From contig OX597820.1 of the NCBI GenBank assembly GCA_951406725.2, positions 9,052,001 through 9,116,000 on the forward strand: DNA of 64,000 nucleotides. Reading direction: 5' to 3'. The notes under the pieces were generated by a model. The model had not been told where the DNA came from. It ran no database searches and saw only the letters and a program-made list of their open reading frames with translations. Both the position numbers and the translations under genes were made by a program. The DNA comes from Octopus vulgaris. Lineage: Eukaryota. Below, one piece after another: positions 26,101 to 40,000 of the stretch (position 1 is its first letter; each line of letters opens with the position of its first letter).

Positions 26101-29100
26101 CTAACAAATTTGACAAACCTTTTGTAGTAGGGGCAACATTTAATTCTCGGAAATCTTCAGCATGAGGAAGGTAAAGCACATGAAAGCCTGGTGGCATTGA
26201 CTGGATTTCATTCTCAAAAGTTTCTTTCTGAAAGATAAAAGATACATCACATTAAATCTCATACGTTTACAATTTATTGTAAGCTTTTATAATTTATTAT
26301 AAAACATTTGTGAAATATTCCAAATGTTAGAATTTTAGATACAATTCAATTTCTTGCAAATATTGAAACAAAAAAGAAAAGCATACCTGTGGCAGTAAGG
26401 CAACAAATTCCGGAGCGGACGTTTTAGATGATATATATTCACAAATTGGTACAACACCTCGCTGCAAACATCGGTCAAGTAAAGCTGAGAAAAAGCATGT
26501 GCTGCCACTTGTAGACTGTATTTTGAGGAAAGAAAGAAAAGAAAAAAGAAAAAAAACTGAGAATGGAAAGGAGGATGGACACAGAGAGACAGATGAGGGA
26601 AAAGTTATAAGATACAAAGATTTAGAATTGTAAATGGGAAAACAGAAATTTGAAAGGAGTTCAGCCACAAGCTATAATATATATATTCATTGATTATATA
26701 TCATTGGTCAAATGGTGAAGTGACCTGCTAGATATACCACCCAAATTATCTTTCAAGTTGCACTCTACAGTTTAACAAAAGAAAAAGAATAAAAAAAAAC
26801 GTTTGGAAACAACACCACTTGTATGACAGTGGTGTTTATTTACAACCATCACATGATGTTTAGGGAAACATACACACAAAGACAAAGTTCACCAAAAGGG
26901 AACAATAAAATAAGTGACAGACTTACAAAAGAAAAAATACTGGGGTCTGTAGATTGGTTTGTTGGGGTAGGGTGTGTGAAAAGTTTTCTTGTTACATGTG
27001 GGAGGAACATACAGGTCAGGGGCTAATGGATAGCAATAGTACGGTGAGACAGGGTGTGTGGGTGGAACACGAGTCAGGGGCTAGAGGATAGCGATGATAC
27101 AAGGAGAAATGAATTTGTAAATCATAAATTTGAAATATTCTTCTCGTGTAGAGAAAGGGCCATAACAGAATAGAGTTTTATCACAAACAAGTTGGTATAT
27201 AAAAGTTTTGCTTTTCAGCTGTTAAAATTGTAAAACTAAAATCAAACGGTAAAAAAAAAAAAAAAAATAACAACGGACCTTCTCTTCAGGATAAATGAAG
27301 TGCGTTGGTTTAATATGGTAATGAGTTCTCACATCTTTCTGTTGCTGAAAACCCAGGAGTTTGAATCCTATAAAGAGAAGGTTAAATTACTTTGCAAGCA
27401 GTCACAAGAGTGGATGTGCGATTGAGAGGCTTGCTTCCCAACCATTTGGTCTAGGGTTCAATCCCACTGTGTGGCACTTTGGGCAAGTGTCTCCAACTAT
27501 AGCTTAGGTCAACCAGGGCCTTGCGAATGGATCTGGTAGACAGAGACTAAAAGACAACTATCATACATACAGGGTCCGGTGAATAGATTGTCCTCTATAT
27601 TACACAATAACACTGACATCACATTTTAACAGATATATTTACCAAAATTACATAAAAAATATCTTGAAATACTAAAGAGTAAATTTATTCAATAAAATTG
27701 CCTTTGGCTTCAACCACAACCTTCAGAATCTCTGGCAACTCTTCTGGACAGCCTCCGAGTTTAAGTTGGTGAATACTGCCATAATCCTTGCCTTCAATTC
27801 TTCTTTGTCATTACAAGGAATTTTGTTGGTCTCTCACTCGACTGTGCCCCACACATAATATTCAAGGGGGCTGCAGTCTGGGTAGTTAGGTGGCCAGGTG
27901 TTAGGGGTGATGTGGCCGCAGAAATTGTCTGACAGCCACGACTGGGTTCCCCTGCTTGTGTGTGCAGAGCCACCCTCTTGGCCCAATCTGATCTAGCAAG
28001 TTTCTGCAGCTGGATGCTCTTCCTAATGCCAACCACTCTCAGAGCGTAGTGGGTGCTTTTTACGTGCCACCAGCAGAGGAGCCATTCAGGCAGGCCTGGC
28101 ATCAATCATGTTCAGATAGTGCTTTTTACGTGCCACTGGCACAAGGGGGCCAGTCAGGAGGTACTAGCATCGGCCACATTTTGATGGTGCCTTTTACATG
28201 CCACCGGCATGAGAGCCAGTCAGGGGATACTAGCATCGGCCACATTCGGATGGTGCTTTTTACATGCCACTGGCACAGGGTAATGAAGATTATGTGACAT
28301 TCATTCATGCTGTTCTTAAGAATATTATTAATGTAACTGATGAGAAATGATTTCATTTAAAGAATGAAACTGGATGGCAACTGTGACAACCTAAATTGCA
28401 AGCATACAAGCATGTATGTATATGACTGCAAAAAGCCAAGCAGCCTCTTAAACAATTCTTCAGTAACAAAACTCACCTGGTTCACCAAACATGCGAATTT
28501 TCGTGACTTCCTCTTTCTCAAATGTAGCAGTCCTGTTGCCATATGTCTTGGAATATTTGATGTCTTGAGGCATAAGAGTTTCACCAGTATCCTGAAGAAT
28601 ATTTTTAAAAGTACTAAGTGAATAATTCTTAGATCTTGGGATAGCCTGCTTTGCTTCAGTTCATTGAAGGAAGCAGTTTATTAACCAGTTATTGGTATGT
28701 GACTTGTACTAAAAGGAAACAATTATTAAAGTCTACACTGACATGACTCAAGAAGGAAACATTATGATTGTGAAATGGTCAAATAATGTGATGTTGATGT
28801 CAATGGACAACAAAGCTGATACATACAAAGTGCATTCCTGAAGTTTTGAGAGAACTGTCTCCTTCAATCTAAAATAACAAAAGGTGGCAGGTCAGCTTAT
28901 TAGATGTATTATGATGACACATTAAAATTCAAATAATCAAGAACAGTTGCAACTGCTTCTCCTAAAAAAGACTCAAAACTTATGGAATGCACCTTGTAAT
29001 TAAAGGCATGTTTAATTAAGTCTGATGTACGACTGGGTCTTAACATATATTGAATACCTGTAGATAAAACTGTCTGTTACTCTTCACTTCACTGTTGTCC

Positions 29101-30485
29101 CTCTTGTAAAGACGAACAGACGGAGGTTTTTGGCAACGTTGCTTCAATCGGAAACTAGAATGAGAGAGAAAGAGGATTACAATTGGCTATGGTATGTGTG
29201 TGTGCATGAGAGAAAAGGAGGGAGGGGAAGTGGGGAGAGGAAAGGGAGAGGGGGAATAGAGAGAAAAGGGAGGGAGGGAGGGAGGGAAGAGAGAAAGAGG
29301 GGGAAAGCAGGAGAGAAGGAGGGTAGAGAGAAAGAGGGAGGGAAGAGGGAAAGAGGGGGGAAGAGAGAAAGAGGGAGAGAAGAGGGAAAGAGGGAGGGGA
29401 AGTGGGGAGAGGAAAGGGGAGAGAGGGGGGAAAGAGAGAAAAGGGAGGGAAGAGAGAGGGCAGAGAGAAAGAGGGAGGGAGAGAGAAATGGGGAGGGAAA
29501 GAGAAAAAGAGTGAGGAAGAGAAAGAAAGAAAAGAGGGAGGGAGGGAGGGAAAGAGAGAACAAAAGAAATAAAATTGGAGAAATTTCGATATGGCAACAC
29601 TTTTTATAAAATTATTTGATGCAACATTGGATTGAAGTCATGCTGGAGCATCACCTTGAAGGGTTTAGCCAACAAACTGACCCCACTAGTTATTTTTAAG
29701 TCCAGTACTTATTGTATTGGTCTCCTCTGTGGAACTGCTAAGTTACAGGGATGTAAACAAACCATCACTGATAGTCAAGCGGTTGTGGAGGATACACAGA
29801 CACACACACACACTCAGAGGCTTCCACACAGTTTCTATCTACTAAATTCACTCAGAACGCATTGGTCAGCCCCAGGCTATTGTAGAAGACACTTGTCCAA
29901 GGTGCTGCACAGTGGGACTGAACCCAAAACCACACGGTTGCAAAGCAAGCTTCTTAACCACACAACTATTCTTGTGTCTCTGCTGAGATATTAACATTTT
30001 ACCTGAATCATGGACATTCCTCTCAGTTTCATCTCACCCTGATTAATCAAACAACTAAATAATTCTCAGAAGAATCCAATTGATTGCCAAAATGCATTAA
30101 CTCCTTACTGTTTAAACCGGCCACACCTGGCTCAAATATTCCGGCTGTTTTACATTCAAACTGGGTAGATCCATCTTATCACACCTACCCTGCAATGTCA
30201 TTCTAAAACTAAACAAATACCAGATATGGCCGATCAAAGAAGAAAATGGAGATTTGGAAGTTAATAATTGTTTATTATTAACAGTAAATTAATCATCTTC
30301 ACTAATAATTATTAACTTCATAATCACCATTTTCTTTTTTTTTTTCCCTTTATATGAATATAAACTATGTTTTTATATGTATACTTATTTTAAGGAAATT
30401 TATTCCCTAAAAATATTAACTATTGAACCAGTATTTTCTGGATGAAACCATCCCTTCCTGAGGTCAACACACCCTCTAATTAGAT

Positions 30486-30529
<44 letters not shown>

Positions 30530-30771
30530 TTTGAGGGAATATTATTCCTAACTTACAGGGAAAAATTCAATTTAGAAATACTAAATCAAATTTCACAAAA
30601 TATAATATATATATAAAAATTAGAAAAACCACCTTTTATCAATTCAAAATGAAAAATTAAATTATATTATCTAGAAGATTACATATAATAGAAATATCAA
30701 AATTAAAATAACAATAATATACCGATGATTGAGTAAATTGAAAAATAATAAAATAATAATAGTTTTTTCTA

Positions 30772-30829
<58 letters not shown>

Positions 30830-33800
30830 ATATAAACATGAATATACATATAGAGAATGATATAAAAACATTATAAATAAAAGAATAATGATGTTGATGA
30901 TAAAAAAGAATACAAATTTAAGAAATACAATGACTCACAGGCCAACAGTTGCTTCAATACCATCACCAATACGTAGGGGTAACCTACGTAGAACTCTCTT
31001 CTGACGCTCTTTACACCTCACCCTGAAAAATATTTGGAGCAACCATAATTATGAGAAACATACAGGGCAACTGAAAGAAACATCTGCATTGCTGTTATTG
31101 GCCTCACTCTGACCCCTCACCTGGTACACACCCACTTCCCTTGGTTCCACTCCCACTTCCAGTTGAGACGTCTTTGTCTCGTAAGTTGCTTGGCAACCTC
31201 ACAGGTGTTAGTGCCAAGTAAAAAGCACCTAGTATATGCTGTAAAGCAGTTGGCATTAGGAAGGGCATCCAGCTGTAGAAACCAAGCCAAAACAGAGAAT
31301 GGGGACTGGTGCAGCTCCTATCAAACTACTGGACCCATGCCAGTATGGAACACAAATGTGAAATGAACTGTGACCATGCTGGGGCAACATGTTCAAGGGG
31401 TCTTAGTTGACCATATTGATAGCCAGTATGATTTCTGGTATTCTTTTAGCAATGGCCAGAGGACTACAAAAGGCAAAGGTAACCAGGCATAATGGGAACA
31501 AATTTAATAGGGAGCTTGATACCACAAAGCACTTTTTACACAATGCATTAACTTTTTGCCATCAAAGACTATCCAAACATTGGTCTCATGTCATGGGGAA
31601 ATCAATGTACGATTATAATACTGTGTTGAAACAAAAGTTTTACAATATTTCAGCACCTTATTTGCTTTCTTCAGAACAAGTATGAATCTCAGGGAAATAT
31701 TTTTAGTAATCCTAATGTGCATAAGCAGTATTTAAGCAAGGACCAGGAACCTATTGCCAAACAGGGGCATTTCAAACACAAGGTACTGCTCTGCGGCGAG
31801 CTGGCAGAAACGTTAGCACACCGGGTGAAATGCTTAGCAGTATTTTGTCTGCCGCTACGTTCTGAGTTCAAATTCCGCCGAGGTTGACTTTGCCTTTCAG
31901 GGTCTATAAATTAAGTACCAGTTATGCACCGGGGTCGATGTAATCGACTTAATCCGTTTGTCTGTCCTTGTTTGTCCCCTCTATGTTTAGCCCCTTGTGG
32001 GTAGTAAAGAAATAGGTACTGCTCTGCGTCTGCTTGAATTATGAGAGGGTGATTCGCTACAAGTTTGTTCCGGATGGCTGAACCATTGATGCCAGCATGT
32101 ACCCTGAACAGCTGGAGCAGATCTATGCCATTGTGTGGCAAAAATACCCAACATTGATAAAGAGAAAGTGAGCTCCTGTGTAGCAAGACAACGCAAGACT
32201 TCGTACTGCGCGAACAACCCAGAATAAGCTCCAGGAATTAGGGGGAATCAAATTAATGTTACACCTAACATATAGTCTGGACCCAGCTCCCTTGAATTAT
32301 TACTTGTTCTGAACTATGACTCCCTTCCTGTGCTTGCAACACTTCTTCAATGACGATGAGGTGGAAGCTTCGGTGAAAAAGTTCTTCACTTCAAAGGACA
32401 AGAACTAGTGTCAGTGTGGCATCAAAGAAGGCAGTGAGCTGGCAGAATCATTAGCACACCGGTTGAAATGCTTTGTGGTATTTCGTCCGCCGCTGCGTTC
32501 TGAGTTCAAATTCCGCCGAGGTAGACTTTACCTTTCATCCTTTCGGGGTCGATAAATTAAGTACCAGTTATGCACTGGTGCCGATGTAATCAACTTAATC
32601 CGTTTGTCTGTACTTGTTTGTCCCCTCTGTGTTTAGCCCCTTGTGGGTGGTAAAGAAATAGGTATCAAAGAACTGGCCGAAAGGTGGCTTCAGATGGTGC
32701 AATAGAATGGCCTCTACTTTGACTGCTAGGCTACTTTCGTTGTAGCTTGACCAATAAAGCAAACAAGTTACCGAAATATTACAAAACGTTTGACTCAACA
32801 CAATAATTCACACACACACACACAAGTGCAAGCATAGCCGTGGGATAAGAAATTGCTTCCCAACCATACACACACACACACACACAATGAGCTTCTTTCA
32901 GTTTCTGTCTACCAAATCCACTAAAAAGGCTTTGGTCAGCCCGAGGCTATAGTAGAATACACTTCCCCAAAATTCCTTCTCGAGCCATGCCGGTTTTTTC
33001 CCGGTTTCCTTGGCATATAGGTTCCCCACCTGGATGGGATGCCGGTCAGTCGCAGGTGAGCTACAAGATGCAGGAGGAAAGAGTGAGAGAAAGTTGTGGC
33101 GAAAGAGTCAGAAGAAGTTTCGCCATTACCTTCTGCCAGAACCGCGTGGAACTTAGGTGTTTCACTCATAAACACACACATCGCCTGGTCTGAGATTCGA
33201 ACCTGCGATCCCTCGACCGCGAGTCCACTGCTCTAACCACTAGGCCTTTTCCCTACCACATCCCCAAGGTACCATGCAATGGGACTGAACCCGGAACCAT
33301 GCGGTTGGTAAGCAAGCTACTTATCACACAGCCACTCCTGTGCCTATATATACATATAGGGTTTCCATACAGTTTGCATTTACCAAATTTGACTGATAAA
33401 GAATTGGTGAAGCTGAAGTCATGATGGTAGAAGACATCTACCCAGGGAACCCAAGACTATGTGGTTGCAAAGTGAAATTCTTAGCCACAAGGGCATACCC
33501 ATTTCTGCAGGGAGAGGAAGGGGACTGGATAGGATTAGTATGACTGATATTGTGTAAAGTGGTTGGAAGATGTGGGATGAAGTGGTGAGAAAGGAGCTAC
33601 AGACATTGGGACTTACAGAGGGGATGACAAGGGTCTGGGTCTTCTGGCTCCAGCTGAGCATCCCTAATCTTGTGGGCGCTGGTGCCATGTAAAAAAAGAG
33701 ACCCATACCGGTGCCATGTAAAAGCACCCAGCACACTTTGTAAAGGTGGTTGGCATTAGGAAGGGCATCCAGTCATAGAAGCCATGCCCATAGTACACAT

Positions 33801-36800
33801 GGAGCCTGGAAAGTTCTTCAGCTGAATAGCTCCTGACAAACCATCCAACCCATGCTAGCATGGAAAATGGATGTTAAATGACGATGATGATGATGATGAA
33901 TGGCATTAAGAAGGATAAAGCGGTTTTAGAAGCCATGCCATAATAGAGACTGGAATACAATGCAGTCTTCTGACTTGTAGAATTCTGTTGAACCATCCAA
34001 TCTATGACCACACATCATCATCATCGTTTAACGTCTGCTTTCCATGCTAGCATGGGTTGGATAGTTCAACCAGAGTCTGGGAAGCCAGGAGGCTGCACCA
34101 GGCTCCAGTCTGATCTGGCAGTGTTTCTACAGCTGGATGCCTTTCCTAACGCCAACCACTGTGAGTGTAGTGGGTGCTTTTTACGTGCCAGGGGAGGCTG
34201 GCAGTGGCCATGATTGGTTGGTGTTTTCTACGTGCCACTGGCACAGAAGCCAGTCAAGGCAGCACTGGCATCAGCCACGTTCGGATGGTGCTTTTTATGT
34301 GCCACCAGCACAGAAGCCAGTCAAGGCGGCACTGGCATCGGCCACATTCAGATGGTGCTTTTTACATGCCACCGGCACAGGTATAAATATTAAATGATGA
34401 TGATAGAAGCTAAAAAAGAGGGTAATGAAAATAAACTCACCTCTCTAACAAGCCCTCCAGTTTTTCTGTTGTGTCAGGCAACTGTTCAATTTCATCTCCA
34501 TGAATGATAGACAAAATATTCTAATAAAAGTGGAAGAAAAAACAAGAGAAAAGTTGAGAATGAGATGATAATAACCACAACAGGGGCGAATGCAGTTTTG
34601 CACCTAACCTTGAAACATGCGATTTTTTGGAAAAATTTCTTTGCGTTCTTAGGTTTTAGTTGTTGGCAATTACAAATATGCAAAAAAACATTTTCAAAAT
34701 TTTAAATACCCCACACCCCTTTATTTTAAATGTACAATCCTCAGTCAAACTGCCCAACTCATGCCAGCATGGAAAGCTGACGTTAAACGACAACAACGAT
34801 GATGATAATATATATTGAAGTGTGGAAATTTCATTAACCCTTTCGTTACCAAACCGCCCAAAGCCGCCCGAACAAAATTTTGGTTTATGAAACCAAACCG
34901 CCCAAAGCCGCCCGAATTTACCTATTCATATTTAAATGAGAATATCAGAGCAAATCTCTTCAGTACATTCGTGAAAACACGTATTATACTTCGTAAACAG
35001 TTCAACTACAGTTTTGTACAATAATCGAAGTGTAATTTTAATTCCGTGAATTTTGGGAGATTTTTTTCCGAAATTTGTTCCTATTGTATTTTCAAAATTT
35101 GTAATTCTGACAAAAAATGGATACGAATTTCATTATATCAAGCAGCGAGTCAGAATTCGAAGGATTTTCTACTGAAGACCTTCATAAATCTAACTCTATG
35201 ACTGAAAAAAAAAAAGCATGTGGTATTTGATAATGAATCTGATGTTTCATTTTCCGAAAGTGAAAACAGTGAATCTGAGATCTCCGATAGCGATAAAGAA
35301 AACGAATTGGCACCTGAATGGAGTGAAAATTTAAAAACTGTTTCTTTCGGTGATTTCTCTGAAGAAACTGGACCAAGCCAGAGACTTTCCCAGAAGAGTA
35401 AAGCCTTAGACTATTTCTTTTTACTTTTTCGAATGAGCCTATTTGAAATCATTACAGCGGAGACGAACCGTTACGCTAAATGTAAACAAAGCAAAAGAAA
35501 CGATAGTTTGTGGTTTCCCTCAACCTTAAATGAAATTAAGACTATTTTGCCATAAATATTATTATGGGTATCAGAAAGTTACCCAGAATAACAAATTCTA
35601 TCGTAAAATTTTGTTATATACCCAATTGAATATTAGCTAATAACACATTTTCTATAGCGATGTTTGAACAAAATTTTAATAATTTTATATTTTGTTGAAT
35701 TTACCTGTATCTACCTGCAATTAGAGTCACTTTGTAACAAAAATTATAGTATAGAATTGGTTGAGAATATTTCATTAAATTATCTTCCAAAAATCAGATT
35801 GATATATCGATAAATAAAAAAGTTATAGTTGTTTAATGAAACCAGACTAAATTTATGATTACGTTAGAAATTAATTGAAACACATAAGGGGTGTAATTTG
35901 GTCAGAAATATAGTAACGAAAGGGTTAAAGCAGCTATGTACAGTGCACTTTCCATGTTCATTTGGCTAAACTGTAGAAATTGCTGTTTTGATATTGTTGT
36001 TAAAATTCCTGAATTTCCCCATGTAGATTAGAAAAAAAAAATTTCAAAAAAAAGTTAAAAATTTTAAGGGGGGTGGAGTATTTTTCAAAATCTGTTTTTT
36101 TTTTTTTACATATTTGTAATCTCCGACATCTAAAACCTAAGAATCTCTTTTACTTGTTTCAGTCATTTGACTGCGGCCATGCTGGAGCACCGCCTTTAGT
36201 CGAGCATATCAACCCCAGGACTTATTCTTTGGAAGCCTACTACTTATTCTATCGGTTTCTTTTGCCAAACTGCTAAGTTACGGGGACGTAAACTCACCAG
36301 CATCAGTTGTCAAGCGATGTTGGTGGAACAAACACAGACACATACATATATATATACACATACAATCACAAATATATACGACGGGCTTTTTTCAATTTCT
36401 GTCTACCAAATCCACTCACAAGGCTTTGGTTGGCCTGAGGCTATAGTAGAAGACACTTGTCCAAGGTGCCACACAGTGGGACTGAACCCGGAACCATGTG
36501 GTTAGTAAGCAAGCTACTTACCACACAGCCACTCCTACACCTATAAATCTGAAAACATTTTTTAAAAAATGCATTTTTCAAGGTGAGGTGTGAAACTGCA
36601 TTAATCAAAATTTACCTGAGACTAAAGAAAACTAATTATTCTTATTAAATGCAAAGTTTCAAATTTTGGCACAAGGCCAGTAATTTCAGGGGTGAGGGTA
36701 AGTTGATCACATTGACCCCAGTGTTCAACTTGCAAAGGGAAAAAAAGGCAAAACTGACCACAACAGAATTTGAACTCAGAGTGTAAAGACAGACAGAATG

Positions 36801-37011
36801 CCACTATGCATTTTGTCTGTCATGCTAACGATTCTGCCAGCTCACCGCCTTACTCTCGTTAAATTAAATATTAAACAGTTGTATAATTACCTTGTAGAAC
36901 TTACTGACATCAAAGGTCTGATTTGGAGGTTGTAAGGGCAGCAGCTCCAGAGATATTCCTGTTTTATTGAGATCATTGGCACGAGTTCTACAATGCTGGA
37001 ATGAAACAGAA

Positions 37012-37051
<40 letters not shown>

Positions 37052-40000
37052 GAGTGAGAGAGCAGTGCATGCCACCAAAGTGACACTGGGGTAAAATATA
37101 CGAAGCCCTATATACCCATTATGACTACCTGTCTGATAAGGGTACACCAGGCACATGCATCACAACCATATGTGCGCGACATGGTGATCTCATATCAAGA
37201 TAAACAGCACATGACCTTGCAGGTGGGGCCCAGTTAGAATTTTCTTCTGGTCGAGTAACCCATCCCACTCAAAAGGTCCCTGAATAAGGGTTGTTTAAGG
37301 ATGATGAACAAAACACCCAGGTTTCCAGAAGTGAATTATCCAAACCCCAAATAATTCCTCTCAACCCATGGCTATAATGCTCCCCCACAACTTCTGCTTG
37401 TGATCAGAGATGCACATATCATCAGCCACTAAGGGACATGCTCAACAGGTTATGGTCAAACAACTGACAAGCAAATTTGTGGTATTGAGCAGAATATTTG
37501 CTGTAGCCCATCTTTTATACCAAGACAAAACAATGTACATGATGACACTTCCAATCAGTTAAGATCAGAAGCTATGACAGCCAATGCCTGGTACTGCATC
37601 AGGGCAACTTATTATCATTATTATTTCTTTCAATGCAGTTTTTTCAAGAAGAAGAGGCTAAACTCCATGCACCACAAATAAATACAGTGTTTTTTTATGT
37701 ATATGTATCTTTGATCTGTGCTTCAGTCATTAGATTGTGGCCATGCTGGGGCACAGTCAAAGAAATGTTTTAGTCAAACAAACCAATACCAGCACTTTGG
37801 ATATTTTTTTAAGTCTAGTACTTATTCTATTGGTCTTTTTTACAGTTTATGGGGGCCATAAACAAACCAATATCAGTTGTCAGATGGTCGTGGGTCAGTA
37901 CACACACAACAGACTTCTTTCAGTTTCTGTGATCTAAATCAACAACTTTGGTTGGCCAGGGCTATGGTAAAAGACACTTGTCCTGCAGTGAGACTGAACC
38001 CAAAACCCCATGGTTGGGAAACAAACGTCTTAACCACACGGCCATGCCCATGTCTATATCTGACAGTAACTTAGAAGACATTTGAACTCAATTCCTGAGT
38101 GAAAGCAAAGATAATATGGAAGAGCCAACTTACAACAAGTTCTGTTTTATCCGTGTGAGGTTCATCCTTATTAGTGAAAAGCAAGATTCTCTGAAATCCA
38201 AGTTTTTCAGTGCTGAAAATACATGTGAATTAGGTATGAGATTTTTTTTATAGAAAGCAGGTAAATGCTTAGTTAAAAAAAAAAAAAATAAATAAAATAA
38301 AATTTTAAAAAGCCCATAATTTGGTACTGATTTACAATTTTAACTTTTGTTGACACAAACTGGCAAGAATACAGTTTTATATTCCTGTAGTATAACAATG
38401 AGTCAGTCCACCTTTAGTCACATGGGGGATGGTTGCAATCCTTCCACAATAATGACAAATACAAATCTTTATATATAAAAGAGAAGTTGTGTGTCTGTCT
38501 CCTACAATTTAGATTCCTAACTACTCCCACATTTTGCAGTGCAGTTTAACCAAAACCGGGTATCTTATAGTCGTGATTCATATCGAGCCCTTCTGGGTAT
38601 TAGCGCGCGTCTACGATGAGTCTATGATTTTAAAAATAATTTACCATAATTTTTTTCCATTTTAATGCAATTTTTTCGCTATTATATAAGGGAAGTAACT
38701 CTCTAAAAATGTCTACGATGAGTCAACGATTTAAAAAAAAATTTACCATCATTTTTTTCCCATTTTTAATGCATTTTTTTGCTATTTTTTTGGCTATAAC
38801 TCTCTAAAAATGCTTATATAGTTATTTCCCTTACAAACCCGAGCAACGCCGGGCGATACTGCTAGTTTATTCTAAAGAGCAAAACAAAAAAAGTAAAAGA
38901 AAATTTAGTACTCACCATTTTGAGAATAAAAGTGAGCACAGCCAAAATACATCACTCATTTGATAACTAGAATTGTGACCATAGTCCTCGTAGAACGTCT
39001 TCCAGTCATCTTTAAACAAAGACAATCCAGAGATTAAGATATATTAACATAATTAACCCTTTATCATTCGGATTACTCTGTCAAATGTAATGCTTATTTA
39101 TTAACATTATAAAAAAATTGATCATGTATTATCTTGCAGCTTTGCAATTTCAAAGATGGGATTGTTTATTTTTAGAAATGACAATATAGGGTAGATTCAG
39201 GAGGCTAGATTTGGCCAGCTTGAACTAGGAGTGGCTGTGTGGTAAGTAGCTTGCTTACGAACCACATGGTTCCGGGTTCAGTCTCACTGCGTGACACCTT
39301 GGACAAGTGTCTTCTACTATAGCCTCGGGCCGACCAAAGCCTTGTGAGTGGATTTGGTAGACGGAAACTGAGAGAAGCCCGTCGTATACATGAATATGTA
39401 TATAGACATATGTATGTGTGTGTGTATGTCCCCGTAACTTAGCGGTTCGGCAAAAAGAGACCGATAGAATAAGTACTAGGCTTACAAACAATAAGTCCTG
39501 GGGTCGATATTCTCGACTAAAAGGCGGTGCTCCAGCATGGCCACAGTCAAATGACTGAAACAAGTAAAAGAGTAGAAAGTATTTGGGCCAGATGTAGCCG
39601 GTTTAAAAGCCAAAAGCTTAAGATGTAAGCTAACTCATATATTGAAAGTACAAGACAAGGACATAAATTATACATGTAACCTCATTTATCATCAATTCAT
39701 TTATTACTTGTTTCGCGATAGCATGATGTGCTCAATTATGAGCCAGGTTACACTTATTGAATAAGAAGAACTGAATGACAACAGAGTTACAAAAATAGAT
39801 ATAAAATAGGATTTAAAAAGATATAAAAGCATTAAAAAATAAATAAAACCATCATAGCCTTCTTACCAGTAAGCATATTTTCAATTTTTATAATTCTTTC
39901 AGCATTAGGACGAGCCAAGTCCTGTGGATGAAAAGGAAATCACAATGTTTGACCCATGTTAACCAATAAGAAATGTATTTCTGTACATAACCAGTAACTT

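Noticed and set aside
29130-29609. R/E/G/K-rich and L/S/P/F-rich ORFs
   Set aside because: Translations of the GA low-complexity tract
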